The position numbers and the translations under genes were made by a program. Positions 38,081 to 51,430 of a stretch of 64,000 bases of DNA are shown here, piece after piece (the stretch's first letter is position 1; every line of letters starts with the position of its first letter). Below the pieces are notes generated by a model, which saw only the letters and a list, made by a program, of their open reading frames with translations, searched no databases and had not been told where the DNA came from. The stretch is from Actinomycetes bacterium (lineage in GTDB: Bacteria; Actinomycetota; Acidimicrobiia; Acidimicrobiales; Acidimicrobilacustridaceae), in contig JANOSD010000170.1 in assembly GCA_031415655.1 (NCBI GenBank), positions 49,946 to 113,945 of the forward strand. The letters run 5' to 3'.

Positions 38081-38967
38081 GTATCGATCCCTTCATCATT
38101 CGGGGTAGGTAAGATTTGGTGCCACCAGAGGTCAGCGAGTTTCATAAATGGCTCTCGGTAAGCCGCAATGATCGCGACATCGACGTACCGGCCTTCGAAG
38201 TAGGCGTGGCCTCTCATTCGGCCTTCTTCTTGCGCGATTTCTGCTCCGTAGTCGGTAAGGAATCCAAGGTTGTACTCGGGAACCTCGAAATACAGTTTCC
38301 GGAAGGGCCACGATCGAAAGAGGTGATCGACGAAGAGACAAAGCCCTTCAGTCATGTGGCCGCCACCAGGCCCCTTGAAGTCCGCCCGATAAAACGCGAC
38401 GTACGCATATCCAGCTTCATGGTTTGCGCTATAGGCCGACACCAGCCCGACGAGTTGGTCCGATCGGCTATCGGTTACCGCCAGTTGAGTGAGCGTTCCA
38501 GCGTGGAACGAGTCACGAAAGGCTTGTGGGCTCGGGATCGTCCCCCGAAATCTCCACCTGACCGACGACTTTGGATCGATCGCCGCTCGGTAGAGGTCTT
38601 CCATATCCCGCTGTTCGACTGGCCGTAGGCGGACCTGCGTGGAGACGAGCCCCTGGCGGTCCGGAATCGGTCCGGGTGGCGTACCGCCATTGGCGACGAG
38701 CTTGGTGTGCCAGTCGAAGAGTTCACCGGCGGTCTCAATCGTGGCAAGGAGGTCGCTCGGAGCACCGGGAAGGAGCAATTCGATAGCTCGCTGCAACGCA
38801 ACACGATCAAAAGACCCGAATCCATCCAAATCCGCGATCCGGTGGGTCGGCTGAAGATCGCGGGGCAACGCACGCACGAGACCCGAGAGCCGAGCTGCGA
38901 AAATCCCCCAGTCTGCTTCAAGTCCCGACACCATTCCTAGACCCTCCCATCGGTGATCCCCCCCCAT
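38077..38967 (-). CDS. GNAT-family N-acetyltransferase-like protein with N-terminal extension (island-encoded)
   Basis: VRLRPVEQRDMEDLYRAAIDP acceptor-binding start, typical of RimL-like GNATs. Low GC. Confidence 0.45.
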   Translation of the reverse strand: MGGDHRWEGLGMVSGLEADWGIFAARLSGLVRALPRDLQPTHRIADLDGFGSFDRVALQRAIELLLPGAPSDLLATIETAGELFDWHTKLVANGGTPPGPIPDRQGLVSTQVRLRPVEQRDMEDLYRAAIDPKSSVRWRFRGTIPSPQAFRDSFHAGTLTQLAVTDSRSDQLVGLVSAYSANHEAGYAYVAFYRADFKGPGGGHMTEGLCLFVDHLFRSWPFRKLYFEVPEYNLGFLTDYGAEIAQEEGRMRGHAYFEGRYVDVAIIAAYREPFMKLADLWWHQILPTPNDEGIDT

Positions 38968-39038
38968 GGGGGCTCAAACTGATCTTAAGTGTGTGTGTGT
39001 GTGTCAAGTCATTCGCTGCTCCTTGTTGGAGAAAGTCC

Positions 39039-40964
39039 CTACCTCACGTCGGGAGCGAGCAGCAGCACGGCCAGGGGAGGCAACGCGATCTCCACCGACC
39101 AGGGATGGCCGTGGGCGGGTTGGTCGCTCACGTTCACGTGCTCGTGGGGGCCGGCCCCTGAACCCCCAAACTCCACGTCGTCGCTGTTGGCGAGCACCAC
39201 CCATGGGCCCGGTACCGGCACGCCGATCCGGTAGCCCTCGCGCACCAGCGGGGTGAGGTGCGTCACCACAAGAACTGGGCGCTTCCGCTCCGACGTGGCG
39301 GGAGTCTCGTCGACGGGGGCCTCATCAGGTGACAGACGCAGCCAGGAAAGCACGCCGGCTTCGTGGTCTGACGTATCGATCCACACGAAACCAGCGGGAT
39401 CGTTGTCGGCTCGGTGCAACGACGGCTCGGAGCGGTACACGTGGTTGAGGTGGGCAACCCAGGCTGCCACGCCGGCATGGGCGGGATCGTCGAGCAGATG
39501 CCACGGCAGCTCGAAATCGTGGTTCCACTCCCGGGGATCGGCGATCTCCGCCCCCATGAACAACAACTTCTTGCCGGGCAACCCCCACTGGTATCCGTAG
39601 AGGGCGCGGAGGTTGGCGAATTGCTGCCAACGATCGCCCGCCTGCTTCGCCAACAACGATCCCTTGCCGTGCACCACTTCGTCGTGACTCAACGGCAGCA
39701 CGTAGTTCTCCGTGAAGGCATACACCGCCCGAAAGGTGAGCTGGTCTTGATGATGGGCGCGGTGCACAGGTTCACGCTCGAAGTAGTGGAGCGTGTCGTG
39801 CATCCACCCCATGTCCCATTTGAAACCGAAGCCGAGCCCACCCACATCCGTCGGACGGCTCACCATCGGCCACGCGGTCGACTCCTCAGCGAACGACTGG
39901 GTATCGGGAAACTCCCGATACATCGCCTCGTTCAGCGACTTGAGGAAACGGAGGGCGCCGATGTTCTCGTTGCCTCCGTGTTCGTTCGGCACCCACTCGC
40001 CAGCTTTGCGGGAGTAGTCGAGGTAGAGCATGGATGCCACGGCATCGACGCGCAGGCCGTCCACGTGGAACCGCTCCAACCAGCTCACCGCCGACGACAG
40101 CAGAAAACTCCGAACCTCGTGGCGGTCGTAGTTGAAGATGAGGCTGTGCCAATCGGGGTGGAATCCGAGGCGGGGATCGCTGTGCTCAAACAGATGGGTG
40201 CCATCGAACGAGCCCAGACCAAACTCGTCGGCGGGGAAATGACTCGGTACCCAATCGAGCAGCACGCCCACCCCCGCCTGGTGGAGCACATCCACGAGGT
40301 AGGCGAAATCGTCGGGCGTGCCGAACCGGCTGGTGGGGGCGAAATAACCCGTGGTCTGGTAGCCCCAGCTCCCGTAGAACGGGTGCTCCATCACCGGAAG
40401 GAGTTCCACGTGGGTGAACCCAAGCGCCGTCATGTGGGCGGCGAGCGGCTCGGCCACCTCTCGGTAGTTGAGGCTGCGCAGCTCACCGGAAGCATGACTG
40501 TGGCGCCACGAGCCGAGGTGAAGTTCGTAGATGCTCATCGGCGCGTCGTGACGATTCACGCCATGCCGGTCGGCCATCCACGCCTGATCGTTCCACTGAT
40601 AGGAAGGACGATGCAGGATCGATGCGGTACGAGGCGGTTGCTCGGCGAACGAGGCGAAAGGATCGGCCTTGTCGACCACATGCCCGCCATGCTGCGACCG
40701 GATCCGGAACTTGTAGCGGTCGCCCACCGACGCCGAAGCAAAGGTTCCCGTCCAGATCCCGGACGAACCAACCGGCTCCAGCACGGACACTCCGTCGGTC
40801 CATTGGTTGTAGTCACCGATCACATCTACTCGCTCCGCGTTCGGTGCCCACACCGCAAAACGGGCGCCGCCATCATCGAGCACGTGACCGCCAAGCACAT
40901 GATGAAGGAAACAATGGGTGCCCTCATTGAACTGCCAGAGATCGTCGTCAGTCAGTTCACGCAT
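39039..40964 (-). CDS. glgB: 1,4-alpha-glucan branching enzyme
   Basis: GH13_9 motifs DWVPSHF, GFRFDAV, EESTA, HDEVVHGKGS. N-terminal CBM48 region. Start likely MRELTDDDLW. Confidence 0.85.
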   Translation of the reverse strand: MRELTDDDLWQFNEGTHCFLHHVLGGHVLDDGGARFAVWAPNAERVDVIGDYNQWTDGVSVLEPVGSSGIWTGTFASASVGDRYKFRIRSQHGGHVVDKADPFASFAEQPPRTASILHRPSYQWNDQAWMADRHGVNRHDAPMSIYELHLGSWRHSHASGELRSLNYREVAEPLAAHMTALGFTHVELLPVMEHPFYGSWGYQTTGYFAPTSRFGTPDDFAYLVDVLHQAGVGVLLDWVPSHFPADEFGLGSFDGTHLFEHSDPRLGFHPDWHSLIFNYDRHEVRSFLLSSAVSWLERFHVDGLRVDAVASMLYLDYSRKAGEWVPNEHGGNENIGALRFLKSLNEAMYREFPDTQSFAEESTAWPMVSRPTDVGGLGFGFKWDMGWMHDTLHYFEREPVHRAHHQDQLTFRAVYAFTENYVLPLSHDEVVHGKGSLLAKQAGDRWQQFANLRALYGYQWGLPGKKLLFMGAEIADPREWNHDFELPWHLLDDPAHAGVAAWVAHLNHVYRSEPSLHRADNDPAGFVWIDTSDHEAGVLSWLRLSPDEAPVDETPATSERKRPVLVVTHLTPLVREGYRIGVPVPGPWVVLANSDDVEFGGSGAGPHEHVNVSDQPAHGHPWSVEIALPPLAVLLLAPDVR

Positions 40965-42435
40965 CGGTCGAACTCCACGAACTCTGCGCTTCTCGACGAG
41001 CCGCATCGAGCCTTTTCAGCGGCTCGGCCACTCGCCCGTCGTCGGCCCAGTGTTCGATCGCCGTCGGGAACCGGTGCACCCAATTCGGCCTTGAGGCCGG
41101 GGTGCCGGGGATGTTCTGCGGCTCGGTCTCTCCCCACAGATCATCGAGGGACACCAGCACGACGGCGGCATCGGTGTGGCCGAGCGCCGTCACGATGTCG
41201 GCATGCACGGCAACCGGCTCCAGCGATGGATCACGTTCGCCGAGCCACGCCGCGAATGTGGGCGTATCGTGGGTATCGAGGCAGACCACCGCGCTGACCG
41301 GGGGCGTGAACGGTCGTCCGCCCCACCAGGAATCGACCTCGAACTCGGCCACCCACATGCCGAGCAGACCGTGTTCACGCATGGCGGCGCGCACTTCGTC
41401 GGGCACCGTGCCGAGATCTTCGCCCACAACCCAACAATCGTGGCGATGCGATTCGATGCACAGCACGGCGAGCAGAGCTTCGAACGGATACCGCACATAC
41501 ACCCCGTCTTGGGCGGACGCGGAACTCGGTACCCAGTAGAGCCGGTAGAGCCCCATCACGTGGTCAATGCGCAGTATTCCGGCTACGGCCATGTGGTGTC
41601 GGACCACATCCCGGAAGTGCCACACGCACGCTGGATCGAGGGGTTGTGTGGGTGGGAACCCCCAGTTCTGGCCCTGATCGAAGAACACATCGGGTGGTGC
41701 GCCGACGGCCGTGTCCGGCGCGAAGAGTGACGGTTGTTCGGTGGTGTCGATCCCGCCGGGATGCGCACCCAGCGGCAGATCGAGATACAGCCGTTGCCCG
41801 CGGGCCCGAAACGCGTCGGCCACCGCCATCAACTCATCGCTCGGGCCGCGACCCGGATCCTGTGCATACTGATCGGACCACCGAAGGCGACTCATCGGCG
41901 AATACGGGCTGGAGTCGTCCGGGGCGGTGACGAGCAATGGCAGCGTTCCCACGATCGTGCCACCGAACTCCGCCATCAACTCGCCCACCAGGTTCAAGTC
42001 CGCGTACACCGGATCGCTGCCTGCTTCATGGGTGATCGAATAGAGCGGCGCGAACACGCCCCAAACGCGCTCCCCCAGTTTCGGGCCGACCACCCGTTCC
42101 GGCGCCACGATCACCGGCTGGCGGTGGAGAACCACCGCCCCATGATCCACCACGGTGACGGTGTGATAGCCCACGACATGCGGACCATCGATGGTGACCT
42201 GCCCGGTGCCGGCCACCGGCACGTGCGCCACCTGCCCCTGTTCCGTCGTGAAGGTGACCAGTTCAGCACCATCGGGCACGGGCACAACGATCGGGCCGTC
42301 GCCCCACACCACCATGGGCATCAGTCCGGTGGAGGTCGACGCATCCAAGGCCTTTTGTACAGCGGCAACGCCATCGGCCGACGCGTCGTGCCAATGCCCT
42401 TCGACATCCCAATAGCCGGGCTCGATGACGGTCAT
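40957..42435 (-). CDS. malQ: 4-alpha-glucanotransferase (amylomaltase)
   Basis: GH77-type sequence (LYLDLPLGAH..., VVGEDLGTVPDEVR). Start at MTVIEPGYWD (42435). Confidence 0.75.
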   Translation of the reverse strand: MTVIEPGYWDVEGHWHDASADGVAAVQKALDASTSTGLMPMVVWGDGPIVVPVPDGAELVTFTTEQGQVAHVPVAGTGQVTIDGPHVVGYHTVTVVDHGAVVLHRQPVIVAPERVVGPKLGERVWGVFAPLYSITHEAGSDPVYADLNLVGELMAEFGGTIVGTLPLLVTAPDDSSPYSPMSRLRWSDQYAQDPGRGPSDELMAVADAFRARGQRLYLDLPLGAHPGGIDTTEQPSLFAPDTAVGAPPDVFFDQGQNWGFPPTQPLDPACVWHFRDVVRHHMAVAGILRIDHVMGLYRLYWVPSSASAQDGVYVRYPFEALLAVLCIESHRHDCWVVGEDLGTVPDEVRAAMREHGLLGMWVAEFEVDSWWGGRPFTPPVSAVVCLDTHDTPTFAAWLGERDPSLEPVAVHADIVTALGHTDAAVVLVSLDDLWGETEPQNIPGTPASRPNWVHRFPTAIEHWADDGRVAEPLKRLDAARREAQSSWSSTDA

Positions 42436-42439
42436 GGCA

Positions 42440-45844
<3,405 letters not shown>

Positions 45845-45968
45845 GGAGCCGTGAGTCTAGGAGCGTGGTCTGATGCAGTTCACCCCGCCACAACGGAAGC
45901 GGAACGGGCATCGACGGCGTCTGCAATGGGCGAGTACCCCGGTGAGGGTCTACCGGTAACGTGCGGGG

Positions 45969-46964
45969 ATGCCCAACGCCACAGACACCATCACCCTTGC
46001 CGGTTCCAATGTGGAGGCCACACCGCTGGGAGTTGGCACGTGGGCCTGGGGCGACAAAACCACGTGGGGTATGGGTGGCTACGACGCCGATCTCAGCGAG
46101 GGAACGATCGCCGAGGCGTGGGAGGCGTGCCTCGCCGAGGGCGTGACGTTTTTCGATACGGCGGAGGTCTACGGGAAAGGAGAGAGCGAACGCATCATCG
46201 GCCGCCTGCTTGCCGCCACCCCCGCCGACCAACGAGCGGGCGTGGTTATCGCCAGCAAGTGGTTCCCGCATCCGCTGAAGCTGAAGCCCGAGACGGCGAT
46301 CGTCGAAGCCGCTCGTGCCAGCGCCGAACGGCTCGGCATCGAACGGATTCACCTCTATCAGATCCACGGACCGATCAGTTTGCGCGGGCACGGCGCACTG
46401 GCTGACGGCCTCGCGGCGGCACACGAGGCCGGCTACATCGATGCCGTCGGGGTCTCGAACTACTCGATCAAAGAAACTCGATCGATGGCCAACGAGCTCA
46501 CCAAACGGGGACTGGCCCTAGCCACGAACCAAATCGAGTTCTCGCTTCTCCGTCGACTTCCCGAAACGTCGGGCCTGGTGGCGGCGTGCCTGGAACTCGG
46601 CGTCACGCCGCTGGCCTACTCGCCTATCGGCCAAGGTCGGCTGACCGGGAAATACTCCGCCGCCAACCCGCCCCCCGGCAAACGAAACTTCTCGGCCCAT
46701 CCCATGGAGAAAGTGGATCCGATCGTCGAAGAATTGCGGCGTATCGGCCAAGTCCACGACAACCGTACCCCGAGTCAAGTGGCACTGAATTGGCTGATGA
46801 CGAAAGGCGCCATCCCGATCCCGGGGGCCAAAAACGCTGGGCAAGCCCACGACAATGCCGGTTCGCTCGGGTGGGATCTTCGACCTGAGGATATGGCCGC
46901 CCTTGATCGGCTGGCGCTTACCGGTGCTCGCTCGTTTTTCAACCGATTCTGGCAACACGGCTGA
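45969..46964 (+). CDS. Aldo/keto reductase
   Basis: LGVGTWAWGD...FFDTAEVYG N-terminal AKR motifs. ~330 aa. Confidence 0.75.
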   Translation: MPNATDTITLAGSNVEATPLGVGTWAWGDKTTWGMGGYDADLSEGTIAEAWEACLAEGVTFFDTAEVYGKGESERIIGRLLAATPADQRAGVVIASKWFPHPLKLKPETAIVEAARASAERLGIERIHLYQIHGPISLRGHGALADGLAAAHEAGYIDAVGVSNYSIKETRSMANELTKRGLALATNQIEFSLLRRLPETSGLVAACLELGVTPLAYSPIGQGRLTGKYSAANPPPGKRNFSAHPMEKVDPIVEELRRIGQVHDNRTPSQVALNWLMTKGAIPIPGAKNAGQAHDNAGSLGWDLRPEDMAALDRLALTGARSFFNRFWQHG

Positions 46965-47033
46965 TTCTGGCCACACGGCTGATTCTGGCCACACGGCTGC
47001 ACGATCTACCTCCGGCTGCACCTCAGCCGCCGC

Positions 47034-48926
47034 TCAGGTGCCACCGCTCACCAGACCGTGCCGTTCGATGGCAGCAAGTAACTCCGCTGCCCGATGATCG
47101 AAAGTATGACCCCCGAGCACCACTGCTCTCGCGTCGGTCAGCCGTTTGTGCCACATCTGCGGATCCTCGCGAAGACTCTGGCCGAGCATTTTGAGGTCGG
47201 CTGGCCCGCGCACCTCAGCAACGGCGTCGCCAAACAGCTCATGGAGCTCGGGCATCGGGTCCGACGCCAAGGGAGTGCCACACGCCAACACGTCGAAAAC
47301 CCGGTTCGAGACGATGCCCCAGGTTCGCATGTCGTCCCAGTGATCGTTGAGTACGAGGTCGGCATTGGCATACACCTCCGCCACCCGAGCATTGTCGAGG
47401 TGATCCGTTACGAGGAGATGGGGTGGCACCAAATGTTCCCAGCCACTCCCGACAATGCTCGGCTCGAGCCCCGCTTCGACCGCATCGAGAACCACCGGCC
47501 GAGCCACGCCACGGGTCTTGGCAACGGCCCAGACCGACAGCGCCGCACCCTCGGCCCGGTACTCCCGATCGAGCGTGCGAACCCGGGGCCGAAAACGACG
47601 TTGGTCGGTGGCTTGCAGCAATACCTCGACTGGCGTGTCCGTGCGCTGCGCCAGGGAATCGGCCAAACGGGCCGAAGCAGTCAACACAAGACTGGCGGCA
47701 TGCAACTCGTGGTCCTCCACGGAATCGGGATGACTCACGATCCAAAGCACTTGCGGTCGGTGCCGGGTAGGCACGGTTGGTGCCAGCCCCCGGACCACGA
47801 CCTCCACATCGGCCACCCGCGCCGCAACGTCGTGCCGATGATCGAAGCTGAACACACGGGCCTGGTGGCCCCGTGCCGTCGTTGCCGCCGCCAGGGCTTC
47901 GGCGAGATACCAGTCGCCCCACCGATGTGCGGCTTTTTCAGACGGAACCGCGGTGGTGAACGCCAAGCGGAGTGGTTGTTCCGCCGACCGCCGCGGTCGG
48001 TCGAGTAGGAGCGAAGGACCCCGACCAACCACCAGGGGGGCAAGCCGGGACGAACCGGCAACGATCGGCGCCAACGCTCGCTTCGACCAAGGCCGCACTA
48101 CCGGCTCGACAACGGTCAGGGCGGGGACAACACCAACCGCGGCGTCGGTAGCTCGCAGGTGGGCGGCGAGGTCAAGCGCCACAACGTGAGGGTCGAGCGC
48201 CACACTCGCCAGCGATGGCGGCAGGTTCGCCAGCCATCCCAGTAGCACCTCGGGCGTGGTCACGATGCAGGCGGGCGACAAGCTGCCGGTCGGAACCATC
48301 GTGGCGGGGTGGAGCACCTGATGGCGTTGGTCGTATCCCGGAGGATGCACGAGTTGCACCACCTCAGGCACGCCCACCCCGTCGGCGGTGGGCGACATGC
48401 GAACCACCAGCCCTTCGGTCTCGACCCGGCGATCGCGCCGACCCGCAGGGTAAATCCAAGGAGCGAATGCCGAAACCACCACGGCCGGCGACACCACGAC
48501 CGGCGACACCACGACCGGCGACACCGCGGCCGGACCGTTGGCGGACACCACAAGCTCGGCCAAGACCCCGAGGATCTCGGCCGTTGGGAGCTCCATCCAG
48601 GGGGCCAACAGGCAGACAGCAGGGTTGGCCAACTGGGCAATCTGTTCGCGCAACACGGCGGGGGGAGGGGCCGATCGGCCGCCGACCACGCCGATGTGGA
48701 TGACCGCCACCGGTTCGGTGAAGTCAGCCCCGCCGGTCGCTTTGACCGCGGGATGCACCGTCCCCGAGACCCCGCGGCGATCGATTACCTGCGGCTGCCG
48801 CCCCCACCATGCCCGGTGGTGTTCCCCCGGCCCCGGTCGGCGCCGTCCGAAAGCAACCGTGAGCGATCCTGTTCGGCGACCAGCGTGAAATGCGCTCCGG
48901 ATCCGGTGGGCGATCGGATCTGCCAT
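47034..48926 (-). CDS. Two-domain protein with C-terminal CgeB-like (DUF3880) glycosyltransferase domain
   Basis: C-terminal ~330 aa resembles the CgeB/spore-maturation GT family (VLNDHWDDMRTWGIVSNRVFDVLACGTPLASD). Contains an in-frame 15-bp x3 repeat (VVSPVVVSPVVVSPA). Start set at MADPIAH (48926). Confidence 0.5.
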   Translation of the reverse strand: MADPIAHRIRSAFHAGRRTGSLTVAFGRRRPGPGEHHRAWWGRQPQVIDRRGVSGTVHPAVKATGGADFTEPVAVIHIGVVGGRSAPPPAVLREQIAQLANPAVCLLAPWMELPTAEILGVLAELVVSANGPAAVSPVVVSPVVVSPAVVVSAFAPWIYPAGRRDRRVETEGLVVRMSPTADGVGVPEVVQLVHPPGYDQRHQVLHPATMVPTGSLSPACIVTTPEVLLGWLANLPPSLASVALDPHVVALDLAAHLRATDAAVGVVPALTVVEPVVRPWSKRALAPIVAGSSRLAPLVVGRGPSLLLDRPRRSAEQPLRLAFTTAVPSEKAAHRWGDWYLAEALAAATTARGHQARVFSFDHRHDVAARVADVEVVVRGLAPTVPTRHRPQVLWIVSHPDSVEDHELHAASLVLTASARLADSLAQRTDTPVEVLLQATDQRRFRPRVRTLDREYRAEGAALSVWAVAKTRGVARPVVLDAVEAGLEPSIVGSGWEHLVPPHLLVTDHLDNARVAEVYANADLVLNDHWDDMRTWGIVSNRVFDVLACGTPLASDPMPELHELFGDAVAEVRGPADLKMLGQSLREDPQMWHKRLTDARAVVLGGHTFDHRAAELLAAIERHGLVSGGT

Positions 48927-50328
48927 GTTGCGAAGTATGCCAGCCCGACGAGGACCACGGGGTAGTCGCCGAAACCTTACGTTTCGGTCTCGCATACCCA
49001 TCAGACCTGAAGCACAGGGAAGACAACGACCGGGTGCTTTGTCGGTTTGGTTGGCTCGGATCGGCCAGAATGGCGCAGTGACCGATCGAGGAGCCGTCTT
49101 TGTGCTGCCCAGCCGCACCGCAGGCCAACAAGGCCCGGTGGCGGCGTGGGTAAGCACGGCAGGATGGGCCAGCGGTGCCCGACGGGTTCTTGGATCGTCG
49201 TGGATCGTCACGCCCATGGGCATCCACCAGCCGGAGGTCGCTCGCCGCGCCGGATCGCACATCAAGTTGGCCACCCCGATTGCACCCACATGGCGCCGCC
49301 ATGTACCAAACCTGGCCAAGACGCTCGCCAAGGACATCCGGCAGTACCAGCGGGCCCGGTCATTTCGTGTGGCTACCAGCGGCCCCTGGTCCACGACCGA
49401 CATCACGTTCGTCTGGCAACGGCACGACCTCTTTCACGACGCTGGCCTCCGTCTGGCCCAACAGTTGGGCGTGCCATCCGTGCTGTTCGTTCCCGCCACG
49501 CTGGTGTGGGAGTCGCAACAATGGTCGGTCGAACGCCCGGGTTGGGCCCCATGGATCGAACGCCACGGGGAAACGGCGAAACTCATGCAAGCCGACCTCG
49601 TTGCCTGCGGCAGCGAAATCGTGGCGGCGCAAGTCGAACGCCTCGGAGTGCCGGCCCAACGCATCTTGATCACACCCAGCGGGGTCGATCCCGACCTTTT
49701 CACCACCACTCAATCCACCGCCAACAAAACCCCGGCGGCAATGCGGCGCGACCTACGCGTCGACGACCGATTCGTGATCGGTTGGATCGGCAGCTTCCGG
49801 CGTTTCCATGCAATTGAACAAGCCGTGCTCGCCGCATCGAAGGTCGAGAACTCGCTTCTTCTGCTCGTCGGCGATGGCCCAGAGCGAGCCACGATCCGTC
49901 GCTACGCCCGTGAACTCGGTGTGCCAGTGCGATTCACGGGCACCATTCCCCATGAACGAGTGCCCGAGTACCTCGCCGCCATGGACGTGGGCCTCGTCCT
50001 CGCCGCCGAAGGCCAGCCATTTCACTACTCGCCACTGAAGCTGGCCGAATACCTCGCCGCCGGGTTGCCCGTCGTCGCTCCCGATATCGCCCAGATACGC
50101 GACCGCATCACCGATGGCGTCGACGGGGTGTTGAGCACTCCGGGCGACGCCGATGTCCTCGCCGGACACCTGAAACAACTCCGCGACGACCCCATCCTGC
50201 GCTCCCGACTTCGCGAGGGCGCCCTCGATTCGGCCCAGCGACGCTGGTCATGGGATTGCCAGATCGAACGGGTGATCACCGCACTCGGTGAGCTTCCCCA
50301 TCGAAACCGTTCATCCCGACAAAGCTGA
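48925..50328 (+). CDS. GT4/GT1-family glycosyltransferase
   Basis: C-terminal GT-B motifs (GSFRRFHAIE..., E-x7-E-like SPLKLAEYLAAGLPVVAP). The 5' end overlaps the divergent gene in the ORF track; the true start is probably downstream (~49078 GTG). Confidence 0.65.
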   Translation: MLRSMPARRGPRGSRRNLTFRSRIPIRPEAQGRQRPGALSVWLARIGQNGAVTDRGAVFVLPSRTAGQQGPVAAWVSTAGWASGARRVLGSSWIVTPMGIHQPEVARRAGSHIKLATPIAPTWRRHVPNLAKTLAKDIRQYQRARSFRVATSGPWSTTDITFVWQRHDLFHDAGLRLAQQLGVPSVLFVPATLVWESQQWSVERPGWAPWIERHGETAKLMQADLVACGSEIVAAQVERLGVPAQRILITPSGVDPDLFTTTQSTANKTPAAMRRDLRVDDRFVIGWIGSFRRFHAIEQAVLAASKVENSLLLLVGDGPERATIRRYARELGVPVRFTGTIPHERVPEYLAAMDVGLVLAAEGQPFHYSPLKLAEYLAAGLPVVAPDIAQIRDRITDGVDGVLSTPGDADVLAGHLKQLRDDPILRSRLREGALDSAQRRWSWDCQIERVITALGELPHRNRSSRQS

Positions 50329-50334
50329 ACCTGT

Positions 50335-51378
50335 ATGGCCATCACGCAAGACGACGAGGTCGACACCGACACCAAACTGCTACGACGGGCCAACCGGCTG
50401 GCCGCCAGCGGCGATGCCCGAGCGGCGATCGACCTCCTCATGTCGGCGAATCGTGAGCGTCGACGATTCGCCTTCGAGAAACGCCTCGTCCAACTTCGGC
50501 ACGAGGCGTTCGAACAGTTGCCTCGCCAATCCCCCGCAGCGGCTTGGCCCCCCACGGTCGACGATCCCTTTCCGTCGACCGGAACCATCCCCGACATTGA
50601 TGTCGGGGACCTCAGCACCGAGATGATCGCGGGGGGGATCCTGCACCACGGCTCGGTCATCGTCCGCAACCTTGTGCCCCGCACGCAGGCCCGCCGACTC
50701 GCCGCCGATATCGACCGCGCCTTCGCCGCCAGCGATGGCGCTCGATCCGGCGACGCGCCAGCGCACCAACCGCCTTGGTACTCGCCGTTCAAACGATTCG
50801 ACGGCGACCCCATTGGTTTCGGTCGCGAGTTCGCCAACGACACCGGCGGCGTCTGGGTGGCCGACACGCCGCGCATCATGTTCGACCTCATCGATCTTCT
50901 CGAAGCAATCGATCTCGGTCCGATGCTGGCGAGTTACTTCGGCGAGCCCCCCACACTCTCGGTAATGAAGTGGACGTTGCGAAAGGTGCCGGTGCTCGCC
51001 GGCGCCGACTGGCATCAAGACGGAGCGTTTCTCGGCGACGACATCCGCACGGTCAACCTCTGGCTTGCGCTCTCACGATGCGGCGACGTGGCCCCCGGCC
51101 TCGACATCGTTCCCCGGCGTCTCAACGGCATCGTGGAGACCGGCACCAACGGCGCCCACTTCCCGTGGAGTGTGGGCGATGGCACCGTCGAAGCCGTCCG
51201 CGAGGATCGGGCCGTGGAGCGTCCGATCTTTCGTCCGGGCGACGCCGTGCTGTTCGATCAGCGTTGCCTTCACCGCACGGCAGTAAGCCCGGCAATGTCC
51301 GGTGCACGTTTCGCCGTGGAGTCGTGGTTCTTCGCACCGTCTTCGTATCCCACAGATCAGGTGCCACTCGTCTTCTGA
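50335..51378 (+). CDS. PhyH-like Fe(II)/2-oxoglutarate-dependent dioxygenase
   Basis: HQDGAF (HxD) and downstream H in LHRT. Sits 7 bp after the GT4 gene. Confidence 0.5.
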   Translation: MAITQDDEVDTDTKLLRRANRLAASGDARAAIDLLMSANRERRRFAFEKRLVQLRHEAFEQLPRQSPAAAWPPTVDDPFPSTGTIPDIDVGDLSTEMIAGGILHHGSVIVRNLVPRTQARRLAADIDRAFAASDGARSGDAPAHQPPWYSPFKRFDGDPIGFGREFANDTGGVWVADTPRIMFDLIDLLEAIDLGPMLASYFGEPPTLSVMKWTLRKVPVLAGADWHQDGAFLGDDIRTVNLWLALSRCGDVAPGLDIVPRRLNGIVETGTNGAHFPWSVGDGTVEAVREDRAVERPIFRPGDAVLFDQRCLHRTAVSPAMSGARFAVESWFFAPSSYPTDQVPLVF

Positions 51379-51430
51379 GCAAGCGCCGTTTGGTCCTTGG
51401 CGCATCGCATTGCAAGGGCGACGGGCCCGT

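Larger units (their letters stand above)
36591..39035. mobile_element. ~2.45-kb low-GC island inserted at the glgB 3' end. Flanked by ~160-bp direct repeats (36429-36588 and 39039-39200). No integrase or transposase present.
   Basis: GC visibly lower (~45-55%) than the surrounding ~68-70%. Flanking direct repeat is a duplicated gene 3' end, typical of site-specific integration. Carries three genes (lipoprotein, metzincin, GNAT-like). Confidence 0.55.
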
